From Pelomyxa schiedti (Eukaryota > Protista > Evosea): a stretch of DNA of 64,000 nucleotides. The stretch is taken from NCBI GenBank assembly GCA_020536535.1, contig JAHLWZ010000417.1, positions 15,226-79,225 of the forward strand, given 5' to 3'. Under the pieces are notes generated by a model. That model did not search any database. It was not told the origin of the DNA and worked only from the letters and a program-made list of their open reading frames with translations. Positions 39,707 through 53,100 of this stretch are shown here, piece by piece (within the stretch, counting starts at the first letter, position 1; the number at the start of each line of letters is the position of its first letter). The position numbers and the translations under genes are program-made.

Positions 39707-41454
39707 ATGGGGCGACCCGGATGCAGGAGTGCAGCTGGCACCCTCGTGGTTGTAAAAATCACCGAGAGGCAACGGCAGGAACAAGAGCGACTTCAGTTGC
39801 AATTCACTCAAAACGACCTCTTCTACAACTCTATTTGCAAGCGGAAGCTTAAGGAACATCGAAAGCATAGAAAAGCGGCTCTCGGTCGCTACTCGTTGCG
39901 TGATTTCGTCATTGCGGCACTTGCCATTGTTTTTGCCATGGCTGTAGTGGGCAGTTTGATGTTTATTGTAATGCGAATGACCAGACTTTCCAGCAACCCC
40001 CTAAGTATGGAAGATAGGGTTGTTATAGACAAACTCACATCCTGGGTTGCTGCCGCCAAGGCAAATAGAACAGTATGTAACATCTTCCCTTGCAACTCTT
40101 TCGTAACTGAGTATTAATCTTTCCCAGCCTTTACAATACGTAATGGGCGTCGACATTGGCGCTACCAATACACGTGTTGCATTGCAACGTGTTGGGGACT
40201 CTGAAGTTGTTATTGTGAAAAAAATTCAAGCTGATCGGGTCAGCACCCTCATTTCCCAGCTGGAAACAGTCTCGGCTTGGTTGTTACCTCTAGTCAGAGG
40301 AATAGGTCCCTTAACTTCTTGCATGGATGCAGCTGGGCCCATTTCCCCCAACAGAAAGCAGGTGCACCACCACTAAACATCTGTGGTTTTTTTGATTACA
40401 GATAGGTTGAAATCACAAATTGGCCGGATAAAACCGATCGCACTCTTAATGTTGATACCATGAACCAAAAGATGTTTCCACCCGGCAAGACCCTTCTGCT
40501 CAATGACTTAGAAGCTTGTTGCTATGGTATTCTTGGTCTTAATGCTGCGGGTACATTGGGAAATTTCTTTGCTCCTTTGTGGTAAGGATGATTTCCCATT
40601 GGTGTACATTAACCGGGGGTAGGGGGCCAAATATGGATACTTTGCAGCCCTTCCACTGTAAGCAGTCTATTTTTCTTTGCATGCTTACATTTTGCTAGAC
40701 CTCGTATTAGCAATGGGAACTGGTCTTGGTGTAGGCCTTCTCCTTCGTATTGGTAACGAGTTCAAAGTAGTGCCAGCAGAAATTGGTCACACTCTCGTAA
40801 CCAGTTTTGGACCAACACATCCTGAACATGCCACAGATACAGCTCTGACTGAATGGCTTTCCACTAAACTGTAATTACTGTCTTGTTAGAAATCAAAACT
40901 TACCTCAATGTAGGTATATGGGTAGACATGGTATTGAATTTGAGGATATATGCAGTGGCCGTGGTTTGGAGTGGGCATATGAGTGGGTTATTACCTCACA
41001 TAATGCAACTGGTCTCGAAACCAGACTCCCAGCAGCTGCAAGTTGATACTATCCTTTATCCCTTCAATAACTAATATCGGAAAAACAACAACCTTCAGTT
41101 GCAGAACGTGGCTCCGCTGAGACCCCTTGCCTTTATGCTCGCGAAGCCCTTTGGCTACACTACAAATACTTATTTAGGGTTGCTCAGAACACGTGCGTTG
41201 GTGTACAAACTAAAGGTGTTATCCTAGCTGGTGATAACCAGGTTTGCCGTTCCCGAAACAACAAGCAACCAACCTTTCCACTACAGGTTAACAACCACAA
41301 ATTTGTGCGTTCCAATGTGGCCCAGCTACAAGAGCAGTTTTTGACCCACCCCAAAAAAGGTTGGCTAAGCGGAATACCCGTTGTCCAACAGGAAACCAAA
41401 ATCAACGTAAACCTTGTTGGCGCCCTTTATATGGCACAACAACATTCACACTAG
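39707..41454 (+). CDS. GLK: Glucokinase (bacterial Glk / trypanosomatid-like), possible N-terminal TM anchor
   Basis: VMGVDIGATNTRVAL, DAAGP, ITNW, LLNDLEACCYGI, AMGTGLGVG, PAEIGH, EFEDICSGRGL and GVILAGDNQ. Start codon uncertain. Confidence 0.9.
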
Positions 41455-41547
41455 CTAGCTGTAACAATCTTTTTCTGTTGAACAAAAATAACATTTTTGG
41501 AACAACTTTTTTCGTTTTTTACAACTTTCTGTTCAGCGTCGAATGGC

Positions 41548-42302
41548 TCAATACTTGTTGCTGCGGTTGTGGTGTCCTGACGACGTCCTCGGGCGCTTTG
41601 AGTCATTTGGGTGAGCCTTTGCCTCCGTTGTTTGTGATCGTTTGCTGGGGGCATGTGCGTCGTCGTTCTTTGGTTTGCGGTTGTCACTGGAATGCAGCTG
41701 TCGTTGCCTCGCAAGCGTGTTGACAGCGAGTTGACGCACCAAGTCGTAATGTCCCGGCATTGATAATATTTGCAGTATTTGCTTGGCTGATACCCCAATT
41801 GTTCTATTGTAAGCTCGTCCCTTTTTTTTTTTTATTTATTCAATTGAACATTCGCTCAGCAAGTAGGGACCCATACCCCTCCTGTCTCGAAACTCGTCAG
41901 CCTGAACACGTCCACAAAAGAGCGAAAAACTTCCCATTGATCAGGTGACAGTGGAAATTCTTCGGTTCTAGTCTCCTCCTTATCCACTTCGGCCACAACA
42001 TCCCCTTGTACGATTTTGGCTATTGCCTCCTTCACCTGTTGTGTACATGCGGCGTTGCATATGTAAGGCAAAAACGAGTAGATCTATGAATAGGCTCCAC
42101 TTACCCTGACGATGTCTTGCTGTGTGATACTCTGGGGATGCTGCCAGTATGGGAGTAAATCTGGTCTTACAAAAGCGGATCTGGCGTTACGGTTCCACGC
42201 GTCGATGATGGCCTCACTGGGTACTTGGAAATCAGAAGGAACTAAGACGACAGCCGTTGCGGAGGAACTATTGCTAACAAACCCAACCGTGATCTTCACC
42301 AT
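41548..42302 (-). CDS. Hypothetical protein with N-terminal (M)VKITVGFVSNSSS motif, 3 exons
   Basis: Two phase-0 GT-AG introns (IVR|VKE; ETGG|GRAY) join three ORF pieces into one frame ending NKY* at 41548. Confidence 0.7.
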
Positions 42303-42860
42303 CTCTCTTTTACTGTCTTGCTTTGGTTTTTGACATAATTAATACGTCTAAGAAAGGGAGTATCCTGTGACATTTGTATTTGCCCGCCACCCATAATGGT
42401 GATTACACCTCTCCTGCATCCCATAATGCAGGCCTCTACTTCTGCTTACAATACTGCCAGGGACTCTCCTGGGAGCCCACACTTTCGCGCCAAATTTTTT
42501 AGTTTTGTAAGGAAAAAATTAGAAATTAATTACAATTAAAAAAAAAGTACAGAAGAGTGGCATTTGGATTTGGAGCGGTGCATTTTGGGAGTTTGGTATT
42601 TGGTATTTGGGGATAGAGTGGGAGTACTACTAATTAGCCTCGTGCTCAGCACCACCCTCACTCAGTGAAGAGGTTCCCCTACAAGCCACCATGATCATTA
42701 TATTGACAGTTATGACTGAGAGTACTGGCTGCGTGGGCAAGTTGTGCCCTTTCGTTTTGATACTTCCCGGAAAGAACCACTTTGAAGAAACAACTCGGCT
42801 ACAACAAGCCCGTGAGAATAAACAGTTTGTTTTTTGAAAATAATACACAGCATCAGTCAC

Positions 42861-45800
42861 TTATGACTGGGGTGCCTTGAGCCCAGCACGTGTGCCCACA
42901 GGGGGTCTGTAGTCTTGTGGTAGTAGCCGACGTTGCAGTGCATTGAAGGCGTACTTATCCTTCAGAATGTTCTGTGTGGGGGGAAGGGGGTGGGTGATTG
43001 GGTTCGGAACACGTGCCGTTGTAGTTTAGAACTACTAACCTTGAAAGCATTTTCGCGGCGGACTCCGGAGTGTCTCATCAGGTTGGCGGCAAGTAGGACG
43101 GAATCGTCGGTCTCCAGTACACGATGCAGGCGGTAGAGAATTCTTGCTTGCTCCAAGGTCACGCTCATGCTTGTGCGATCCTTGGCACTCTTGCATGAAA
43201 CGGCACGCCCGCCGTTCAATAGTCTAGTAACATCCGCAGCAGTTGTGAGAATGCGCACATTCTTTTCTCGGCGTGAAGTGGTCACGAGTTCCCTCAACTC
43301 TTCCATTAGGCCACCAAGATCATCTGGCCTGGTATCTGACCGTCGAGATGACCCCAAAGCCGAAGTGGTGGTTGTTGTGGTTGTTGTGGCTGCAGTCATG
43401 GTTGGAGTTGTGGGTGAAATTGGTGAAGTTGAGGTGCTGCCAGGCTTTGAGGATGGTGACTTTGGCTTAGGGTAACCCAACTCAGGAGCTGATGGCGGAA
43501 AATTTGGTACCGGCAATGATATGGGGCTGCTCGGGGATGTCAGCGGCCTGCCTTTCTGCCAGCTGAGGAAATCTGACACGTACAGGGATATGTAATCAAC
43601 GGCATCCCTGTTGATTATTTCTTGCAACTCTGTATCACCAATTGCATTGGCAACTGTTTGTTGTTCATTGATTCCTTGTGTGAAGAGTACCGCTCTAACT
43701 TTGCATGTGAAGGAGTTTGGAATTACAGAGCTTGAAATTGGGAGCTGAATGGTAAGAGTCCAGCTGTTGTCATCAGATGGTTTAATAAAAAGTAAGCTGC
43801 CTTGGGTATCATATGCACTTGTTGGACTTAAGCAATTCACCTAGTTTCACATTATTTTTGGTTGAGAATGGTGGCCAAGTGTTACTTTTATGGCGAACTT
43901 TCTCAAAATGTTGATAACTCCTGCATAGTCACTAAGCATTACTGCTTCGCTTCCACTGGTGCTTAACAAGCTTTCACACTGAAAAAGGAATCCAAGGGTG
44001 CAAACTTGGGCAACAAATTCGTCTATGTTGTATTCAAGAATATGTCTCTGTGCTTCAGCTAAAAAAGATTCGGCTAGTGCACAAGCTGCATGACAAAGAG
44101 TAACATCTGAACGCTCATGAAGGGATGCTCGGACTGACATTAACTGGGTGAGATGTTGCTTTGCAACAATATCGGGGGTGGTAGGAGGCAAAATTTCTGC
44201 AGAGAGACGATCATGCATTGCGGAAAGCTGCAGAACGCCAATGTGGTGTGGGCTTTTGGTTACATGTTGAGCTGTTGGAGCGCCAAAAGTAACTGTACTA
44301 TAAGTCGCTAGGGGATCCAGCTTATTACTTGAAGTAGCGCATTGCTTGTCCACTTCACATGCATGTTGTGCAACCTGCCATGGAATAATTGAAATCCTCT
44401 GTGTATGCAGATTTAGAGGTACAAACCTAATTGATGTGAAAAAATTGATGAATAAATGGAATCCATACTGTAGGAGAGTGTCTCCCTTAAGTCGAGATGG
44501 ATGAAAAGAAAATTCTATCAATCCTGATTTTCCATAAGAATCTATAGCCCTTTTCATTGACTCCAGATGGGAACGTGATTGAATTACCGTTTCTCCAAAC
44601 TGTGTTATCATTGCTTCATATTGCTTTATTTGTTCGATGCTATAATAATTAGAAATCATTTCACGTGTTGGGATAGGAAATAGCAACCTTTGCACCAAGT
44701 TACTAACAGATGATCTGTCGTTCCCAACGGTAGAAAGCTTCCCTCTTGACAACTCTTGGCAAAACGCCTACAGGTGTCAGAACTAGTTGGAGAGAGGTCA
44801 GCAACCTCAATGACTGGCAGGTCTCTCTGTCTTGCAGGCATTAAGTACGAGAGAATCTGTTGAGGTAACTGGAACGCAATGGGACTCTCAAACAGTTCTT
44901 CCACAACAACTACCTGTCAGAAGAGTAAGAATTGCCGTACATACAGAAAGAGGTACCTCAGGGCAGAAATGGTACGCTCGAATAGTGCTTCCCTTTTCAA
45001 GACTTCGTGCTTCAACTTGAAATTCTCCGCAGCAATGGAGGCAGAACCTTGTTGAATCCCCTACTGCACCAAGCTGTGGTGGAGCCTTGTTGTGCTGTAG
45101 AAGTTCCAGCCTCACGTCAACTAACGATATTTCTTTCCCCTTCATCATGTCTCGGAGAGTACTGTGTTCAATAAAATTACCTGGAGGTTACTTTCTTCTT
45201 CTTTGATATTGTAGAATCCGATTTTAAGTACTGCACAAGCTAAGTGAAGTGGAATCAATAGTAGAGAAATAAAAGCAACGGAGCTTGTGGACTATTTTCC
45301 CATCATAAAGAAACCCAATGAAAACAGAGTAATGACAAAACAAATGAACCTCATAAGCAACTTCAGTCCGGGAAATTTCCTGGAGGTGAGACCCATCAAA
45401 TTGATATAAAACTGCTAGAGGGTTTTGAAATGTATTGTGTCCGAGACTTACACTGATTGCTCTGATCATCTATGTAGATTAATTAATTGGCACTGGGACA
45501 TGAAGTACAACCTGGGGAAGTTTTTTGGGGGGCGGTGGTATTGGTAGCATCTCCACCATCGCTGGAAGGGTATGTGATACCGCAGAGCCTTCAAGCCCAG
45601 AAGCTATATCAAGGAGAGAAGAAGTTCTGTCTGCCAAGATCAGTATTAATTGAAGTGAAATATGATAAATACGTGGCCTAGGCGGGCGCCGCCTCTTCCT
45701 CATGAGAATCAATAAAATTATGGACGAAGGGCATATCTTATCACAGAGTAAGCTACCAAAAACTTCGTGGTAAAGAGTACCTCTGGAACCCAAATTTGGA

Positions 45801-46955
45801 ACAAATAAACAGTAAAATTTGGGGGAGATGCATAGGTGGCGACAAGGAACATTGCAAATGTTATACAGAAACTAAAAGCACATACAAGAAGGGCTGTCAA
45901 CTTTTTTTTGTGGTTACTTTTCGACATAGACGGAAAGAAATTACCAACAGAAGCATTGTCCGTAGCCTCGCTTGTCCAATAGAATGTGTCTTTCTTAACT
46001 TTATAACAAATATGCTCAAATAAATCCCGAGAATGACATAAGCCATTGCACAGATGATACTATAGGAAACTGCTATCGCTACAGTCGGTGCAAACAGGGA
46101 GTTATCTATACTACCCATTGTAGTTAAAATCACACCTTGTATTGTGCATTTGATTTGTATTTTTTGTGAGAAATGGAATAACTTGATATAGGTACTGTGC
46201 CACTCTGGCAGGCCATCACTATTGCAGAAGCCACTATGAACGTGTAAACTAGAGCACTGCATACCCACAGAGTGACTTTAAATATCCTCTTTTTACCAAC
46301 AGATATGGTGGTGACTTTGTAGAATCTTTGTAGGTTTGGTCCTTTTTCAAATAGGTGGAAAGATTACATGTAAAGGAGTACAATCAAAAATGTAGTCTCC
46401 CACGCACAGTGGGCCAGTCTATCAAGGCAATAATTTAGTCCAAGAGGGTCCCCACCACAAACTAGCACAACTGCCCAGGCAATTCTACCTTATAGAGAGT
46501 CACATATGGACTAGTGTTTGATTGGAAAAAAATGCTGGGTACATACAGAGTAAAAAAAATACCATTGAAAAATGGAAAACTTTCCTAGTGTATAGAGGTC
46601 TGAACATAAACTTCCTGCCACAACACATGTAACGTTCCGGTCGCTCTTCGACACCCGGAGGTGGAATTTCAAAGTTCTTAGTCTTTCTTCTTTTTGCCTC
46701 TGACTCGGCCAGCGTAATCTCCTCTGCCTCCTCTCGAGGAACAAGCAAATGACACAGCAACCTCCAAATGGCGACACCCAAAGTGATGATAAACAACAGC
46801 AAATTCGGTACGCTCAGTCGCAGATCTGGCGAATACAACGCGTGCTCGTCGCCGCTGTCGCTGTTACTGCTGCTCTCATTGTCGGCACCACTGCTAGATC
46901 CATTTACAAAATACGACACTGAAGTGCTGCTTTCGTAACTTAACGACCCGTTCAT
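42861..46955 (-). CDS. INPP4: 7TM (GPR137/TOM1-like) - C2 - inositol polyphosphate 4-phosphatase fusion protein
   Basis: Seven hydrophobic helices at 45700-46820, spliced without a stop into a C2-like domain (EISRTEV; LKIGFYNI). INPP4 motifs follow: EELFESPIAFQLP, FVPLNLHTQ, VTFGAPTA, LGFLFQCESLLST, catalytic CKSAKDRTSMSVT and YAFN...LPQDYRPP. Confidence 0.85.
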
Positions 46956-47199
46956 CAATGTTATTTTTTTTTTTTGTTGGCGTTCGCCTAACATTACTTT
47001 TCCGATGAGATCAGATCATCTTTTGGTCTTAGCTAAGATCAAAAAAGAGATGGAGGTACAGTACAAAGTAATACAAGTGCATTTTAAGTCATTATTACAA
47101 CAGTTAGTAGTCACTACCACTATATTCTCCCAATCCTCACTCAATCTCCCAGTCCGGCCATCTCTGAAATCGGTCCCTGAACTCAGATGCCAGAGGATA

Positions 47200-50100
47200 T
47201 CAGTGTGCTAGCTTTCTCCTGATCCACCTTATCAGTTCCGGGTTGTTCCCATGGACACTAGCATAAGACAGGGCAGTCTCTCCCCTGTAGTCCTGCTCGT
47301 ACAGCGAGGCGCCGTTCTCCACGAGCCACTTGACGGCCTCGAGGTGGCCGCGGTTCGCGGCGAGCAGCAGCGGGGTCATCCCCAGGTTGTTCTTCTCGGC
47401 CAGCGAGCGGCCGTGGGCCACGAGCCACATGATCAGCTCCACGCCCCCGCCCAGCGCCGCGTTGAGCAGCACGGTGTTGCCCTCCTCGTCCCGCTCGTCC
47501 AGCGAGGCCCCGCGGGCCACCAGCAGCTTCACCGCGGCCTTGTTGTTGCGGTTGGCCGCGTTGAGCAGCGCCGTGCGGCCCGTCCGGCTCTGCTCCTTGA
47601 TGCTGCTGCCGTGCTCCAGCAGCCAGCTGATCGTCTCCACGCTGCCCCCCAGCGCCGCCCGCAGCAGCGCCGTGTTGCCCTCGCGGTCCTCCTCGGCCAC
47701 CGCCATCCCGTGCCCGCACAGGAACCGCACTGCCTCCAGGTGCCCCCTGTTGGCCGCGTGCAGCAGCGCCGTCCGCCCGCGGTTGTCCACCTCGGCCATG
47801 CTGGCCCCGTGCTCCAGCAGCCACTTCACCGCGTCCATGTTCCCGCGGCGGCGGACCGCGTGCAGCAGCGCCGTGGCCCCCTGGTTGTCTCGCTCGCTGA
47901 GCTTGGCCCCGTGGTTTATCAGCCACTCTATCGCGGCCACGCAGCCGCCGTTCGCGGCCAGGAGCAGCGCGGTCCGGCCTTTGTAGTCGGTCACCGTCAG
48001 TGGGGAGCTGTTCGACCACAGCCACTGGATCGTGGTGACGCTGCCGCCCAGGGCCGCGAGGAGGAGTGCCGTGCTTCCGCTGTAGTCTTTCTCGGTGGTC
48101 ATGTTGCCGTTCCCGTTGTCCAGAAGGAACTTGGCTACCTCGACTTGTCCGTTGATTGCGGCGAGAAGGAAAGGTGTCCTGCCAACCGGGTTGGGTGCCA
48201 TGCAGTGCTCCTGAAGCCACTGTGCTGTGCTGGACTTGCCACTGATGGCTGCCAGTAAGATCAGCATGTTGATGTTCTTGGGTTCCAAGGAGGAAGTGGT
48301 GGTTTCTTCACAGGGAGATACTGATATGTGACACTTGTTGTGGCGGTTGTGTGGGTCCTGTATTGTGACAGTGACTATGAGTTGTGTGTTACAGTACTTG
48401 ATGGCTAGCACCGATAGAAGAGGGGCGGGGGCCATAATACTAGCCAAAGTGAGGCTGAGGCAGTTTGTTATGACTAGTTTTTTCAGGAATGGACAATTTA
48501 CAGCATTGATGTTAAGGGTTGACAAGCTCAGGCAAGATTCGATACATAGAGACTGCAGGTGATTTGCTTTACTTTCGAAAAATGACAGGCTTTTCAAATG
48601 TTGATTGCCGCAGCTTATGATTTTTAGTGAGGTTAGCCACTTATGTTGTGCTTCTATTATGGAATTGAGAATTCCATTGTCAAGTAAATGATATCCTCGC
48701 AAAACCAGCTTGTTGAATTTTCCAGCGATGGGTACTCCTCCTCTATTACTCGTTATTAGACCAAGCACTTCTTTTTGGGCTTTCAGTAGTTGAGGTGTTT
48801 TTGTCTTTCCTCTCCAGTCCAGCATATTGATGACTTTGTGCCGGAAGCAATCAGGGATAGAATTGAGCTGTTGTTCAACACTTCTGCTCCCTTCACAAGA
48901 GTGCTCAATCTGCAATTTCAACGCGCCCAGTAGTTGAAATTGTTTGGTGAGTTGATCCAGTCTGTCTATACATTTTAGCAAGTCACTCCCTCCTTGTGCC
49001 AACACTACTTCAAGGCGGGTTTGTTCGGTGAAACTTGAGCTCAGAAGGGCATGCATTGGAGTTCCGCTGCTAGCACTCGAGACGGCACTATAATACTGTT
49101 GCGTAATTTCTTCAAATCTGGCCTTGGCTGTTGAAAATCTAGCTTCTTTATGCATGCGCTGGTAAAAACTGCTCACAAAGGGCGGAGATATCAACTCCAA
49201 CAGCTGGAGGGGAGTAGCTTGCTTGTTTTGTTTAAGTTCACTTTGCAGAAGCACCATATTTCCGTGAACCTCTTCAACCACTTGTATTGGGAGGTGAATA
49301 ACAGGGAGACTACTTTGATTAAAATAGTCTGATACTTGTAAAGAGCCAAGTTCTCTCGTCCACTCACTCAGATATGAAGAGTCAAACTGTACTTCTTCTT
49401 GAATTCTGCTGTGTAATGCTACCATGTCCTCTAACCAGTGATCTAACACTTCTTTTGGATTTAAACATAGAAATTCGCGAACTGCACTGCGTTCAAGGGG
49501 TTCTGTCATCTGAGACATGCAAAATAGAATGCTTTTGGTCATAAAGGGTGGAGTGGTAAGCACTCCCTCTGAGACAACAAGCCGTCCAAAAGTCCTATCA
49601 CTGTCAACACCCACCAGCCAGGCACTTCCAGGTCCTCCTTTGAAGCTTAAGGGTAATGGGGAAAGAGTTGAAGGAGGAGTTTTGCAAAATAGAAAGTGGC
49701 TTGGCTTGCTGTCTTCCGGAGGTGAAAGTAACTGCATAAGAACCAGCTGACTAAACACTTTAGAGTGCAATCTGGGGTTTGGGTCCTCTTGGAGTACTTG
49801 CTCAAAATTTTTTCCTGGTACTTCTTCAGAAAGAAGGACAGGATAACACAAGGGATGTCCCTCAGAGGGGAGACTGGCCTCATCACGTGATGAAAATTGT
49901 GATTGAGGGAGTTCTAATTTTGCAAGAACAGAATGAGATGTTCCATATCCAATAACAAGCTCGGAAAGCTTGGATACTGCAATCTCGTAAGCAGGTAACT
50001 CGGGAAAGACTTTGAGGAAAAACGAGAGTTGCTCTGCGGAGTCATCCTCTGCTGGGAGTGGTGGGTCAGGTGTATCAGCTGTTATATGGAGAACAAGGTG

Positions 50101-53100
50101 AGAATGTCTGTCATCTGCACACCTCGATTTTTGGGATGATAGTTTCATTGGAATGGCAGACAGCTGATGTGCTACAGACTCTTTGAGTACACCACTAGTT
50201 TTCAAAGTAAAACCAGCAAAGTGAAGTGTTTCTCTTGAAGATTCAAGTTGGGACCTTTCAGGTACCAGATGTTGTGCATCAAGGTTTGCGCATGTAATTT
50301 TGATTGGTGGTAAGTCAGGAGCACTTGATCGTCGGAGCAATGAAACTGGTAAGATTCCAAGTTCAGATTCCGGTAATTGTTGATTGAGAGATAAAGGGTT
50401 TTCTGTGAGCAGATGAAGCAAAGACTCTTCAAATTGTGCCCTTGTTTCAGCTACACCAGGCCGGAATCCATTCGAGCTTGGACATGCAGCTAACAGGGCC
50501 GACAGTTTGTGGAGCACTATGGAGTTGGGAGGAAATATGACCTTGATCAACTCCCAAAGATGAGAACGAAGCTGGAAGGAAGGGAGTGCTTTGTACATAT
50601 ATTGCAATCTTTCTTCCTCTTCACTTCTCCAAACACTGCTGGTTAGAAGGAAGTAGTGTGCAACGAGAGTTAAGAGGTCTCTTGTTGTCGGATTTGATGG
50701 AGATACGCAGCAGTCAGATGCGCTGTTAAATTCAGAACCAAGAACAGTTTTGAAAAGGAGTTCTCTTTGGCTGTTGGAATCTGCCCAGTCATTCAACTCT
50801 AATGTTAGGCCCTCAGCGACTTGTAGACATTGACCCGTTACTGTTGTTTCAAATGATGAGAAATTAGTTTCATCAACTGCCGCAGCTGACTCGATTGTAT
50901 GTGACTGATCAATTTTCATGAGCAGGAGAAAGTTCTTCAGCCAGGTTCTTAGCTTCTTAAATACCGAGGTATTGTATGAGGAAACTGGGCTGTGTGAATC
51001 CTGAGACATGAATTTCTGCTCGAATTTCCTGACTCTCTTGAAACACTCTTCAACACAATGTACACTCCAGGAGAGAGCTGCAACTTGTTCTTGTCCAACA
51101 ACAGTTGTTTTTTTCCTCTTGTTGACACGAGGCTCTTGGTTTAGTTGCAGTGTTTGAGTCATATTGTGAGCCAACTTCCTCATTTGGTAGTCGAAATGGA
51201 GCCAAAGCATTGAACAAAAGAACTTCTCAAGTGGGAAATAATGTATTACCATTTCTGTGTGCCGTGTCATATCTCGGAGTAGGGGAATTCCTTTTTTCTC
51301 AAGAGGCTGTGTCAACACTGGGTCTTCTTGACAGGCTTTTATTTCTTGTTGCAGGTTCCATTTTTCTTGGGCCTTCAGCCTGACACATGTGACTAAGGCA
51401 AAAAGGTCACGCATTTTATTCAAGTGTGTCAAAGGGAAAAACTGGGCGAGCTGAAAAAGGGTTGAAGTAGGTTGCCATGATACACCCATGTTTGCTGAAT
51501 TGAGTTTCGTTTCCATTTCAGCAAATATGTCATATGGATGGGCACTCTGGAGGCAAAAAAACATTTTTAAGGACATGGCAAGAAACATCAGAGGCTTGTA
51601 GAACTTCGTCTTTACGTCGTACATTGAGGTAGTATTATTTGCTACAGGAAGAATAGTTGCCCAACAATATACGGCAATCAAGTGCCTCCATGCAACTCCC
51701 TCAAGGGGCATTTTCAGCACTAGAGTGGGATACTTATTGCAGAGACCCAATGCATCCAGAAATCGACCCCAGAATTTTGGTTCAACCTGCTTGTCCAAAA
51801 ATTCTGTAAGCTGATTATTGTACGCCTCAAAAAGCGCAGATCCTGTCTCAGAATTTACCAAGCGGGTATTTAGCATGATATATGTGCTGGGGTTGTCCAG
51901 GCATGTTATATCTTTTTTTATATCGGATATAAAGCCTTTCTCAAGAACATCATCCACCCTCCCCATCTTATAATCTCCCAAAGATGTTGAGTAATCAAGT
52001 CGAAAACCTTCAGCATGGCCATCTTGTGTTGGTGTTTCTCTAAAACCCTTTACGAGGAGTTCAAAAAGCCCTTTCACATAAGCCACATATTTGCTTTCTT
52101 TTGAGGGACCATTTTTATCCTCTATTTAAGAATTAGAGACAACAATGGATAATAGTTCACACCGTCACAGCTCTTTTCGGATATAAATGCCACTTCAATA
52201 TCAGAAAATGGAGTTCTGTCTAAGCGGCTGCTGGAACCCAGCATGAGCAATGACACACAGCATGGTGCATCGCCTAGTAACAGTGATGCGAAGGCAAATA
52301 GTTTGTCACACAGGCCAAGTGTGAAGTGAGAAAATTCCTTCTGTGTGTGAGGACCGGGATTAGAGAAGAATACTGCTCGCTCTTTCTCTAAAGTGCTATG
52401 AAGCCTGCTCAGAGAAAGCACATGCTGAAAATTTATTTTCGGCCTCACAAATGAAGCATTACAGGTTGGCTTGAGGGTCAAATTATTGGTGGTATTTCGG
52501 AGGTGGTGCAGTTGCTCTGTGAGTTCAATACTCGTAAATGATTCGTTTACTACTGCAATGGTGTCTTTAATCAATTGGGTTGCTTTAATAAAGACTTCGT
52601 CCAAAAGTTTGACAAACTCAAAAGCAGATTTTCCACCTGTCTCACTGGATTTCACAGCAGCATCCTTTGCATCTTGAAGCCTTTTGGAAAGTTCTTTCAG
52701 GGTCTCGAGAGCTGAGAATATGACAAGCGCAGCTTTGAATGGTCCAGGAGCCCACGAGCGGGATGAAGGATTCTCAAAATCGAAGAAGAGGTTATCCCCA
52801 GGAGCAGTATAATCTCTAAACAGCAACTGGAACCAGTAAATGACATCCCAGTTTTTGCATGGAGATTGAATCTGATGTTGCGGAGAAAACCTATTTTTCC
52901 GATTGGGAAGAGCTCTGCCGGGAGTTAATGTTGAAGCCACCTCTGGATTTGTAGTTTGGGTATGCAACAAAAGAAGACTAACGTATTCGTCAAGTAGACT
53001 GCATAGGAAATCCATGTATTTTTTCCTACTGGAGTCCGCATTGGTTGATTGACAAATGCTCACACTGGCATATGGAAAGACTGCCTTGAGTATTACACAC

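Noticed and set aside
47251-48258. Long alternative-frame ORFs (335, 320 and 218 aa) over the ankyrin region
   Set aside because: Shadow ORFs caused by high GC and repeat periodicity.
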